From Felis catus (Eukaryota), in NCBI RefSeq assembly GCF_018350175.1, contig NC_058368.1:107138001-107202000 (forward strand): 64,000 nt of DNA, written 5' to 3'. How positions within the stretch are numbered: position 1 is the stretch's first letter; each line of letters opens with the position of its first letter. Both the position numbers and the translations under genes were made by a program. Of the stretch, positions 25,302 through 36,530 are shown in pieces. The notes beneath the pieces are model-generated. The model saw only the letters and a program-made list of their open reading frames with translations, was not told the DNA's origin and ran no database searches.

Positions 25302-26341
25302 AACTATAAGATTTACTAAAATCATTAAAAGTTTAAAACATGGCATTGTTTCTCCTATTCTGTTTCAGTGAGTACAGGTATTCCCATATCTTCTGTAAAT
25401 ACAACAAAAATAAAATAAGTCAAATTTAAAAGTTTATTTGAGAGGTTGTAAGATCTGATTCTGCAGAAACCTTGGGATAATAAAAATAAGAGAGGAAATA
25501 GTTTCAGTTTTGTCTTTGACCAACGTGATCTTTCATATTCACATGAAATGACTTTAGCTCACCTCACCTGTTATCTGATATTTCTCCATTAAGATTTAAC
25601 TACTTTTAGGAATGGGGAGGAGTCATTCATTCATTCAACAAACACTTATTTTTTTTATCTACTGTGTATAAAGTACCATATACCATATGGTTTGCCATAT
25701 AAAGTGCTCTGAGTATGATATCAAGACAAACCAGACAGACGCCTCCAGCCACAGGATCTTACAAATACAAGGATCTGACCAATTACAAGTTAAATACTTT
25801 ATATAGGAAAAACCTATTTCCCAAAAGAGTTGAGATAAGTAATTCATTGGCCACCTGAAGATCTTCATAATCCTCTGTTCATCCTCCAGGTTTTTTTCTG
25901 TCCAGATCCCACTTCTTTATAACAGGAAAATTCCTGTTGGTTTCAGCTGAGGTGAATAAAGTTCAAAGATAACATACTTCTTACACAGTGTATTCTAAAA
26001 ACCCTCAGCAACATACTGAACTCTCACTAATGGCAAAGCAACAATAATATCTAATTGCATTTGAACTCTAGAAACGAGAAATAAAGACCAACCCGTTAAC
26101 ATCTGCAGCCCTTTTCCCTTCTGTCATTATCTCATCAAATCAGATACCATGCTACTGTTGTTTCATACATGTAGAGATGTGTAGTTGTTTAATTGCTTTT
26201 GTGAACTCATATTTCAGTGTAACGTTTCACTGTATGTGCTTACGGAATAGACTATGTTGCCACGTTTTTGTTTCTTTTAACTTGCAAATCTAAGGAGTAG
26301 CCATTCTTTTTCTTCCCTTCAGTTTAAATAAAGCATAACCT

Positions 26342-26420
26342 GGGGCATCTGGCTGGCTCAGTGGGAAGAGCATGAGGCTCTTCATCTCAGGGTAGAGATT
26401 TCTTAAAATAAAGAAAAATT
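26342..26420 (+). mobile_element. Short old Can-SINE with deletion
   Basis: ggggcatctggctggctcagtgggaagagcatgaggctcttcatctcagggtagagatttctt. Confidence 0.7.
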
Positions 26421-26477
26421 TAAATGAAGGATAGCTGTATCTCCTTTGCAAACATAGGGCTTTAAAAGAGAAGGAAA

Positions 26478-26612
26478 CTCCCTGTGTCGGGCTCCTTGCA
26501 TGGAGTCTGCTTGGGATTCTCTCTCTCCCTCGCTCTCTGCCCCTCCCCCACTCATGCACGTGCACAGTCTCTCAAAATAAATAAACATTAAAAAATAATA
26601 AAAAATATAAAA
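26478..26612 (+). mobile_element. 5'-truncated Can-SINE
   Basis: gtcgggctcc...gcttgggattctctctctccc...aaataaataaacattaaaaa. Confidence 0.85.
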
Positions 26613-27338
26613 GAGAGAGAAGCAAAACAATACAGGAGGAAAAAGTTTAAAAAGTAGTTTTGTTAATATAAAGTAAAATATATAGCTGCTCTCTACACTA
26701 ATTTTCAACGTGTGTCCCTGAAAAATGATCATCCTACATATAATTACTTCAGCAGATGTGATTCTTTTTATTCTACGTCCCCTCGAATGTGTGGAGCTCA
26801 GCTTGCAGTGGAGGCAGAACTGGGCAGACAGAGCCTTGTCTCTGCAGGTCTCTAAGTGTATTCCTGTCTTCAATTAGGGAACACACCATGTCCAGATCTG
26901 GGTAAATTACCCTGGCACATTTCTTCTTCTTTTTTTTTTTCCTTTCTTTCTCTTGCTTCTCCTCTGTTTTTTTTTTTTTCCTTCTTCTTCTTTACTCCTG
27001 TTATTTACCTTTTCTCCAAGTTCTTATCTTGCCCCAACTTCTTTCAGCATTGGGGTGAGATGGTAAGGATACATATGAAGACTTGGGTTGTGAGCCAAAC
27101 CCTACAGTCGGCCCTAATTTCCCATTCCCACAGTTGCAGGGAAAGAGATGGGATCGTGGTTGCATAATTGACAACATTTATAATCTGACCCTCCGTTGTC
27201 AGATGTGTTAATAAATCTCTAACCTCTCACTTTAGAACTTGGTGTAGAATTTCTAAATAACTGATAAAATATGACAGTTATCTGGCCAGCATTGGGAATT
27301 TTGGTTTTCATGGTTGGAAAGAAATTATTGCTCCAAGA

Positions 27339-27340
<2 letters not shown>

Positions 27341-27402
<62 letters not shown>
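27341..27402. repeat. Perfect (AT)n microsatellite, about 31 units
   Basis: Seen directly. Confidence 0.97.
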
Positions 27403-27405
<3 letters not shown>

Positions 27406-28173
27406 ATGCTTTCATTGACAGAGACTGGCGCTTCCCTTTATGTCAGCTGGGAACATGCTTGCGTAGTACAGGGCTCTCTTGTGAAAGAAAATAATTTGTT
27501 AAAGATGTGTCCGCTCACATTTTGCCGACAAATAGCTGGCACATGCCATGAAAAAGAACAAGAAATCATTCTCAGATGTTCCCTTACAAGTCACACAGAG
27601 CCAAAGGCTACCCATGTAGCAGCTCCTCAAACGTTAGGAAGTCTAACTAGACTTCTGGGAAAAACCTTCCGAGGTGTTTATGTGACATGGAATCTGTATT
27701 GTTTTAATTGAAAGAGAGGCTGTCAGAGTACTCTTCTTACAGAATAAGCTTACTTAACTGATAAAGAATGAAGATAAACTCCTCCATTAGGGTTTGCTTT
27801 GTAAATGTCATGGTAAAATGCTATTTGATACACTTATTAATTAGTGCATAACTGGGTGGTTCTCTTCAACAGCCAGCAATCAATCACTAATAAAACATTT
27901 CCTACATATATTCCCATGTCCGTAATTGAGATATTGTCCACAACCATGTCTGTTCCTTAAGAGTTCACAAATGGGAGGAAATAAGGTTCTTCTGTTCCAT
28001 AAAGTCAGCATGGTGGGAGAGTAAGCTATTTTCCTTGTGCTAAATTGAGAAATTAGAACAGAGTTTGTTGTGAAAGGAAAAATAGCTACTATTTACACAC
28101 TCTACCTCCTAAAGGAGAACAGGACTATAGGAACACTAAGTCAGTAAAACCAGAGCTAGGATGTGGTTGATTT

Positions 28174-28208
28174 TACACTTGATCTTAGCCAAAAGGCCGA
28201 GAAGCGAT
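28174..28208 (-). pseudogene. RNU2: 3'-truncated U2 snRNA retropseudogene (U2 nt 1-35)
   Basis: Minus strand reads ATCGCTTCTCGGCCTTTTGGCTAAGATCAAGTGTA, the U2 5' end; direct repeat gatgtggttgatttt at 28160-28174 and 28210-28224. Confidence 0.95.
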
Positions 28209-28668
28209 AGATGTGGTTGATTTTAAGTAGCAAAGGAATGTTATAGACAATGAGGGCAGACACAGAGTCAGGACCGAAATGGGGCACAGCAACTCAAAGT
28301 TATAAGGAATCAAGAACTATGATTGAGGGGAAGTGATATAGAATGAAAGATAAGAATTAGTGCACTGGAGGTAGCAAGGCCAGGTAGGCAGATCTATAGA
28401 AGGAATTCATGGAATAGAATTGAATTTTAATAATGATGATCATTCCTTATGTTGATGAATCTCAGATCTATAGATTCTGCCTTGGTTCTACAATCTCTTC
28501 TAGTTCCTGACTGTGAGCTCAGGCTTGTGAAGTCTTTGAATTGTGAACTTCCATATGATTACATCACCTTTATCACTTCACATGTCTTTACATTGACTCT
28601 ACTGATCTGAGTGAATTTCTGTTCTTTATAATGAGAAGAGCCCTAGATAATGAGTAACTATGGTCAAA

Positions 28669-29070
28669 TGTCTCTGTCAGCTTGGCCTGCATAACAAAAA
28701 TCCCATAAACAGTGTGGCTCACACAACAGAAATATGTTTTCTCACAGTTCTAGAGCTACAAGTTTGCAATCAGGATGCCAGTATATTCAGGTTCTGGTAA
28801 GAACTCTCTACCTGGATTGTAGACAGCTGCCTTCTCACTATATTGGAGAGAGAGAGAGAGTGAGAGTGAGCACGCGCAAGAGAGTGTGCGTGCGCACAAA
28901 CTCTCTGGTGTTTCTGCTTATAAGGGCACTAATCCCATCATGAGTGCCCTGCCCTCATGACCTCATCTGACACTCTTTTTCTTTCCGAGGCCTCATCTTC
29001 CAAAATCATCACTTTGAGTGTTAAAATTTCAACATTTAACTTTGCAGGGGTCATGATTCAGTCAGCAGCA
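28669..29070 (-). mobile_element. MLT1A-like MaLR solo LTR
   Basis: caacagaaatatgttttctcacagttctag...cttataagggcactaatcccatcatgag...ccctcatgacctcatct. Confidence 0.85.
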
Positions 29071-29829
29071 GAGCAGCAGTCAGGAAAAAGTTAAAGAAGG
29101 CACTGCATTTGGAGACTGGGGGATTGGAAGAATATTAATGTTGGTGACAGAAATGGGGAAATTAAAATGCGTCTGTTTACATTAGATAAGCTCAGTTTGA
29201 GATACAAGTCTTAGTTACATTAACTTGGAGGTGACCAAAAGCAGTGAAAATGCAAACATTTAGTAAATCTGAAAAGTTTGTCATAATGTGTCAAGATGTG
29301 TCCATTTTACTCATTTACCCAGCATTCACTGGGACTTGTAAATCTGAGACTCTAAAACTTTCCTGAGTTTTGGAACATTTTGTTTTATTTACATGTTCCC
29401 TTGTTTTGTTCTCTTCTCTTTCTGCAAAGCCTATTGTCAAATATTGGACTCAGTCCTTGACATCCTTTGGCTTCCCTTTCATTCTTTCTGTGTCTTTGTA
29501 ATTTTAACTGCTTCTGTGAGGATTCCTTGATTCATTCCAGTTTGTTCCTCAGCTGTGCCCATTCTCTTATATAGCTTGTCCAATGGGATTTAAATGTCAA
29601 TGATCATTCTTGTCATTTCTCTGCAAACTAGTCAATTCTTTGCTATGGATGTTACAGCCTCTTATTTCCCTGATGACATTAATTATACTTAATCTAAATT
29701 CTTGAACAGATTTTTCTGTTAACTTTGTTTCCATACTTATTAATATTTATTACCTGTTTTTCACGGTGTTGGCTTTCCTGTGTGCTCACCTTCGTCATTG
29801 AGATTTTTTTGTTAGCTCAAGAAAAGGTT

Positions 29830-30000
29830 TAGTGAAGTGGTTAAGAGCATGAAGTCCGGAGCCCCATGGCCTAGGATGTGACTTGACATTTCTGTGTTTC
29901 AGTTTCCTCATGTATATAATGCAGGAAGTTATATCCCTACCTCACAGGGTTTTTGTGATAATTAGATGATGAATATATGCAAAGCTTTTGGAAGGCAGGC
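29830..30000 (+). mobile_element. MIR
   Basis: agtggttaagagcatg...tctgtgtttcagtttcctcatgtatataatg...cctacctcacagggtt. Confidence 0.8.
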
Positions 30001-31994
30001 TATCCCCTTACCTTACCCCTACCACCCAATAAGTCTTCACTTTTAATGTTAGGAGAGTAATGAAATGTTTAGTACCAATAGATAGTAGCTGTTAATATTA
30101 TGTGACTACTGAAGCATTTTATGGTAGCCAGCCTCTAGTGATTGTATGAGATGTTAGGCTGTGCTGCTGGGGAGTATACTAGTAGTTTATCTTCTAAGTA
30201 TGGGGCTGCTCCAGAATGCAGTCAGCTGCTTGAGACCCACATTTACTGTTCCACGGGGGTGGGTGGAGTCTGGAGATGTGGACGGGAGAACATGATAGTT
30301 CTTTCTCCAAGTGTATGTATGTGCACACGTGGAAGACTTCCCCCGCTGCTCCAATCTGATACCACTACTTTTCATGCTCCTATTGGGAGCATGTCTGCTT
30401 GTGGGTCTCTATGTTTTATGTCATTTGTAGGGCTTTATGATGAGAAAGTAAAGTATAGCCTGTGCTCTGACTCTCACCTGGGAGATCGTCATTGATTGTT
30501 TTGAATGCAAGTTGCATAATTCTGTTTGACAAACCATTGTGCTTTGTTAACTGTCCTCTTCTCTCCCAGTAGGTATTTAGTATTTGCCCCGTGTCAAAAG
30601 GGTCATTTTTAGCTGCGGGTTTGGCAGTCCACAAAAGTGTTATAAAGATAAGATCTTTGTTCCGTTCTCTAGCTTATGATATGTGGCCCTGGTGTCTGAA
30701 TGTGTCCGTTGATACCACAGAGTATAGATTTTTCCTTGTGAGCTAAGATTTTCACTCACAAATTTGGAAATAAGAGTTGGAAGCAAGTGGAAAACATCTT
30801 AAGTCCTTGGCTCTTTGGTACTAATGAAATGTTGGAAGAGACGTGAGGGTTTCTTCAACTGTTACTTAGCTTACTGAGCTGTCTTAATTGTTTTCGTGGG
30901 ATGAAATAATGTCTTTAAGGGAAGAAAGTCGGCATGAGCAGATGAGAGAACACAGCACCTAACAGTATCTGAATGCTGCCTCCACGTCCCAGATGAGAGT
31001 TTGCCCAGGAGCTTGGTAGCACAGCGACAACAGCCAGAAGCACCACGGTGTGAGTGGACTCAATTTTCCAAGCAGGGTGCCAGTGAGTCCTGGGCATTTT
31101 GACGAGATGATCTATTCAATGTCTGAGCTCATGCAGGGTGATGGCAGTGACCCTTTCATACCTCCCTTGCAGAGCTGTCATTGTGGCAACTCATCACCAA
31201 CACCAAGAAATGACATTTGATAAAAATGATACCAGTAGAAAGATGTGAAAGGGTGAAGAGAATTGATGTTGATTTTCTTTCCCTTTTGACCTCCTAAGTA
31301 TTAACATCACCTCCGATTTGGTGCTTATTAAGATTCTCCTTAGCAGAAGAGGGGAATGCTTGCAATACCCCGTCTGAGGTTTGGGTGACATGCCTTGAAA
31401 ACCTCATGCTGCAGTTTCTTTCCTTTGCACATCCTAATTTCGCTGGGTTGGATACAATTCATTGACCCAGAAAGTATCTGATGGCATTGATTTGGCTCTT
31501 AAACAAACTCTCTGAGTCAGCCAGTTAAAGAAAGTTCTGGTTCATCAGAAGCAAAAGTTTAAAAGGAAAAAAAAAAAAACTCGAGCAGTTTATTTAACAG
31601 ATCTCAGTGTTCAGTTCAATTTAAAATGCGTTGCCCTTTTGTTAAAATGACAGCATTCCATTTATTACGGTTCCCATCTTTGGGCTTTTTTTCTTTTGCT
31701 TAAAGAGCTTTGATAGAGTTGGGTAATAGCACTGTGTAAGAAAAAAGGAAATTTCAGAATTTCCTTTGAAAGAAAGAAAGAAAAGGCATTTCAAAAGGAG
31801 CCAAAGGTGAATCTTCACTGATTTCAGTAGAAAAGCAAAGGATAAATGGAAGCTTGACTTTCATAATTGATATTTTTGTTTTACAGCCAGTTGCCGCTTC
31901 CATAAATGTAAAAAAGAAAGCACCTAAGTGTACATACCTATTACATTCTGCTAAAGTGAATATCAGCCTTTATTTACAGCAGGCACAGCAGAGA

Positions 31995-32215
31995 GGAGTA
32001 TAGTTTAGTGACTGGGATCATGTGTAAAATCCTGGCGTAAACCCTTTCTTAGCTTTGTGGCCTTGGGCAAGATCCTTAATTGCCCTGTGACTCCATGTCC
32101 TCATATATAAACTAGGAATAATAATTTTATCCACTTGATATGATTGTTAAGAGGACCACATGGGTCAATACACAGAAAGCACATGGAACAATGACTATTG
32201 TATATATGGAAGGAC
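31995..32215 (+). mobile_element. MIR
   Basis: tagctttgtggccttgggcaagatccttaa core. Confidence 0.75.

Positions 32216-32223
<8 letters not shown>

Positions 32224-32270
<47 letters not shown>
32224..32270. repeat. (TG)n microsatellite
   Basis: Seen directly. Confidence 0.97.
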
Positions 32271-32276
<6 letters not shown>

Positions 32277-33446
32277 TTGCAATTAATGTTTCTTTTAAAG
32301 GAAATCACCTGAAATTTGGGGGAAGCTGAAGTTCTTAGACTGTATAAAATGAAATGATTTCTGAAGTTGTTTGTAAAATATATTTTATGGTTATGACATC
32401 ATGTGTCATAAATGATTGCTAAATAACTCCCCCAATTCTTATTAGGAAACATGGAAATTAAACAGTCATTCCTCTTATGAGTATCATTGTTTTCTGAAGT
32501 TAAAATCATTTTCCTTCCTTTGGATGGATCAGTATAAAAAGTACCAAATATGTGATGTGCTACTTTGGGAAGGAAAATATTATCATACTCCCATAACAAT
32601 AATATTTGTCATTAATAGCATGGCTCAATGATACTATTTGTAGCATTTTTATTCATTTTCAGAGCTGATAGCAAAAAAAAAAGTTTGCATTAAGTCTTTA
32701 CATGCATTGAATGACAATGCCCTTTAACGTAAATATAAAAAGACTAGTCGTGGAATTGTCTATAATTCTTGTCTTGCTTTATTTTTGTGTCTTCTTCAGG
32801 GTTAACTCTCTGTTGATGAAAATATTCATACTGAGATGTTTATCCAACCCCTCAAATTCAATATACTCTAAACTTAAGTCCTCATGTATGTTTCTTTCCC
32901 TCCACCTGTCATCTCCGCCAACCCTCCCCTTACTCCCCCTGCGTTAGCACACATAGCCACACACCAACATCCTTCTCAGATGTGCCTTTGTGTTTCCAAT
33001 CATCCAATCCTAATCTCTTCCATCCATTCATTCAGCAGGCAACTAAATCTTAGTGGCTCTTCCTTTAAGTACCTCTCATTGTATTCCTTCCACTCTAACG
33101 GCCATGGAATGACTCTCCTTATATATTCCTTCTTTTCCATACCTGTCATGACTCTGGATAATATCTTCAATTTCTGATTTTCTTTTTCCATGCTAACACT
33201 GTATTTAACCGTCTGTGTCCATTGATCAAATTACTTTTTATTATCAGATCTAGATGCAAGACTCTCATTGCTTTAAAAATATTGTATCAGTTAATTATCC
33301 TTTAGGTGTGGGAAGATAAAAGATGGACAGGGGATGATAAAAATCCTATTATTATATCCTAAAATGACATGAGAAGAAGTTTAGATTAAATGGCTAAAAG
33401 CAATTTTCTGAGATGAGGTAGATATTAATTTTCTATTTATAGCTAC

Positions 33447-34321
33447 TGAATTAGTTTTCTGTGGCTGTTACAGTCTATCCCACAAACTGGGTGCCTTAAA
33501 GCCACAGAAATTTGTTCTCTTACAGTTCTGGAGGCTGGACTTCTAAAATCAGGATGTTGGTAGGGCACTCCCTCTGAGGCTCCAGGATTGAATCTCTTCT
33601 TCGCCACTTCTAGCTTCTGGTTATTGCCACCTTCCTTGGCTTGTGGCCACTGCTTTCTGCTTTACCTTCATAGGGCTTTTTTTCTGTCTGTTCTTTTCTG
33701 TGTGTCCTTAAGGACACTTGGGTTAATTTTATGTGTAAACCTGGCAAGGCTCTGATGCTCCGTTGTTTGGTGAACTGCTAGTCTGGATGTATCTAGTGTA
33801 GGTGTTTTGTAGATGTGATTAACATTTGTAATCAGTTGACTTCAAGGTTATCCTCAATAATGTGGGTGGGCCTCATGTTTTTAGCTGAAGCCCTCAAGAG
33901 CAAAAGCTGAGGTTTCCTGAAGAAAGATTTCTGTTTTCAAGGCTGTAACACGAAAAACCTGCCTGAGTTTCCAGCATCCTGGCATGCCCTCCAAATTTGA
34001 GACTTAAGATTGTGTTAAGTCTTACCTGAATTTTCAGCCTGCTCTACAGATTTCAGACTTGCCAGACCCTACAACTGCATGAGTCAATTCCTTAAACCTC
34101 TCTCTCTTTCTCTATTTATACATATTATATTTATTCTATTTCACTGGAGAACGCTGACTAATGACTAATACAGGACCCAACCAGATAATTCAGCATGATG
34201 TCATTTCCCAATGCTTAATTTAGTTCATCTGCAAAGACCCTTTTATCCAAATAAGGTAACATTCGTAAGTTTCAGGAACTTGATATGAATATATTTTGGG
34301 GCCATTTTTCTGCCTAGTGCA
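33447..34321 (-). mobile_element. MLT1C/B-like MaLR LTR split by an MLT2 insertion
   Basis: cacaaactgggtgccttaaagccacagaaattt...acagttctggaggctgg; resumes at about 34172 with catctgcaaagaccctt...ccaaataaggtaacattc. Confidence 0.8.
33719..34172 (+). mobile_element. MLT2-like ERVL LTR
   Basis: tggttaattttatgtgt-like start, gatgtgattaacattt, aatgtgggtgggcctcat, end ctggagaacgctgactaat...aca. Confidence 0.85.
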
Positions 34322-35044
34322 ACTACTCTGTAAATTAGAAATTCCTATTCGATTTTAGGAGTACCATAGAATGTTACTGAGTTTTCCAAGAGGTGAGACA
34401 ATTCTCAAAACAATTACCAGTACAGAATTAATTTATTCACGTCAAAGAATGGATATGTATGCCAGATGTATGACAGATTGAACTCTTATAAGAGTAAAGA
34501 AAGTGATAATGTGTAGTAAATTGTGACTTTAAAATTCACGTATGTAGCTGTTTTGTTACATAAATCTAGAATCTGTGCCACATTTAAAAAAGGAATGAAA
34601 GTACAAGGAAATCCATCTTGCTACAAACTAGAAACCCAATTTCTAAATATTAGTCCTAGAGGTTAGCACATATTACATTTGTTTTCATAATTTGCATATT
34701 TGACAGAGTTTATGAAGAGGTTTTTCCAGTGAATAAATTGTTCAAGCTCTTTGTATAACAGACTGAAATAAATAATGACTGTATTTTTAAGGTATGTATT
34801 AACTCCTCTCCTCCTGTCCTTTTTTTTAAAGCATGTTGAGAAAATAAGGATTTTTTTTCAAATAGGAGTCAGTGCCTAATAAGAAACAGATTTCTACTTA
34901 AAAATAATTTTGCATTCAGTGGATAATAAATAGCTCCTGGATTTTGTTGAGTGTGGTTCCTTTTAGCATTCTTTTCTTTCTTGCGTTTCAAAATTTCTTA
35001 AGATTCAACAATAGAACTTGGTCTTCTATATTAAATAACTACAT

Positions 35045-35400
35045 TTAAAAAAAATTTTGTGATGAGGGTATTTAAGGTCCACTCAATTAGCAACTTTTAC
35101 AGATATGCAAACAGTATTATTAACTATAGTTACCATGCCTGTAAATTATATCCCGATGATTTTTTTTAAGTTTATTTATTTATTTTGAGAGAAAGAAAGA
35201 GACAGGGTGGGGGGCAGGCACAGAGAGAGAGGGAGACAGGATCCCAAGGAGGCTCTGTGCTGTCAGTGCAGAGTCTGATATGGGGCTTGAACTCATGAAC
35301 CATGAAATCATGACCTGAGCCGAAATCAAGAGTCAGATGCGTAACTGACGAGCCACGCAGGTGCCCCTAAATGACTTATTTTATAACTGGGAATTTGTAT
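35045..35400 (-). mobile_element. Short L1 3' UTR fragment split by a Can-SINE (35158-35367)
   Basis: acagtattattaactatagttaccatg and acttatttt(t)ataactgggaatttgta flank a SINE. Confidence 0.75.
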
Positions 35401-35619
35401 TATTTTGATTTTTAAATTTATTTTCTCAGCTTTTTGAAACAGCATAATTTTAAAAGATGGTTATACTCAAATATCTGAGTAATAATTTAGTGAATTGTCT
35501 ACTGGCCTGAAACTCGTCAGGTATTTGATTTGATGAGTGGGAAAGAGCTAAAAATAAAGTAACAAAGTAAGAACTTTCAGTATAAATGAGTGAGCTGTGT
35601 GATTTTACAATAGCCGTTA

Positions 35620-35735
35620 GGGGCACCTGGCTGGCTCAGTTGGTTAGGCATCTGACTCTTGATCTCAGCTCAGATCTTGATCTCAGGGTCATGAGTTCAA
35701 GGCCCACATGGGGTTCTGCAGTGAGCATGAAGTCT
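35620..35735 (+). mobile_element. Old Can-SINE
   Basis: ggggcacctggctggctcagttggttagg head; tcttgatctcag occurs twice. Confidence 0.85.
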
Positions 35736-36339
35736 ATGGGAGGGAGGAAGGAAGGAAAGAAGACAGGAAAAAAGGAGGGAGGTTTTTGGAGCCACACTTT
35801 AATTAATACTTATGCACCAATGTCAAAAAGTCCAATATTGGATATATTTCACTAGTACAATTTCCACTAAAATGGTTTTCATCTGATTTATTATTGTTGC
35901 TACATCTCAAACATACATCTGAGGAGTTCTGTATCTCTCTTCCCTCTTTTTCTCCTAAATTCCCTTCTTTCTTCTTGGGAACCTGTCATTGTTATTGTTG
36001 TATTAAATATCTGAAAAGAGTACCCAGTCTTTTTCTAAAACTAGTATATTTCCATTTCCTGGATAATTAGGGAAGTGAATGTTGTCTAGGAGGTTTCTAG
36101 CAGTAAATTACTTGAAGATGACTGTAGAAGCAATCGCCCTAAATAGGTGTTTCTATTCAGGCTCTATAGAAAAAGGAATTACAGGAGGCTCGGCAAATTA
36201 ACACAGAGGTGTGGTAACGAAGACTTAGAAAAAACTGACTTGTCCTTAGGACTGGAGACATTTTTACATTAAAAAAATATTTCCATCATTAGCCCATAAG
36301 CTGATAGATATTCCTATATACTAGTATTACTAGTAATTA

Positions 36340-36530
36340 TTTTTAAGTATGCATACTCTGTCGGAAACTTGCCAGGTGTTTTACACATATTATTTCCTGT
36401 CCCTGCAACAGGACTGTCAGGTAGGTATAAGGTCCAACTTGCATGGAGAAGTTAAGGTTGACATTAGGTTACGGAATTTGCACGTGATTATGCAGTGGCT
36501 GAGCCACGACTGGAGGTGAGGTCTATTTCT
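36340..36530 (-). mobile_element. MIR relic
   Basis: Degenerate match to the MIR reverse complement. Confidence 0.5.

Noticed and set aside
28160..28225. Repeat-spacer-repeat layout resembling a minimal CRISPR unit, or a functional U2 gene
   Set aside because: The repeats are a TSD and the spacer is U2 nt 1-35, lacking the Sm site and 3' stem-loops; the host is a mammal with no cas genes.
30920..31049. Exon-like block between tttaag| and |gtgagt
   Set aside because: Stops occur in all three frames and the acceptor is weak.
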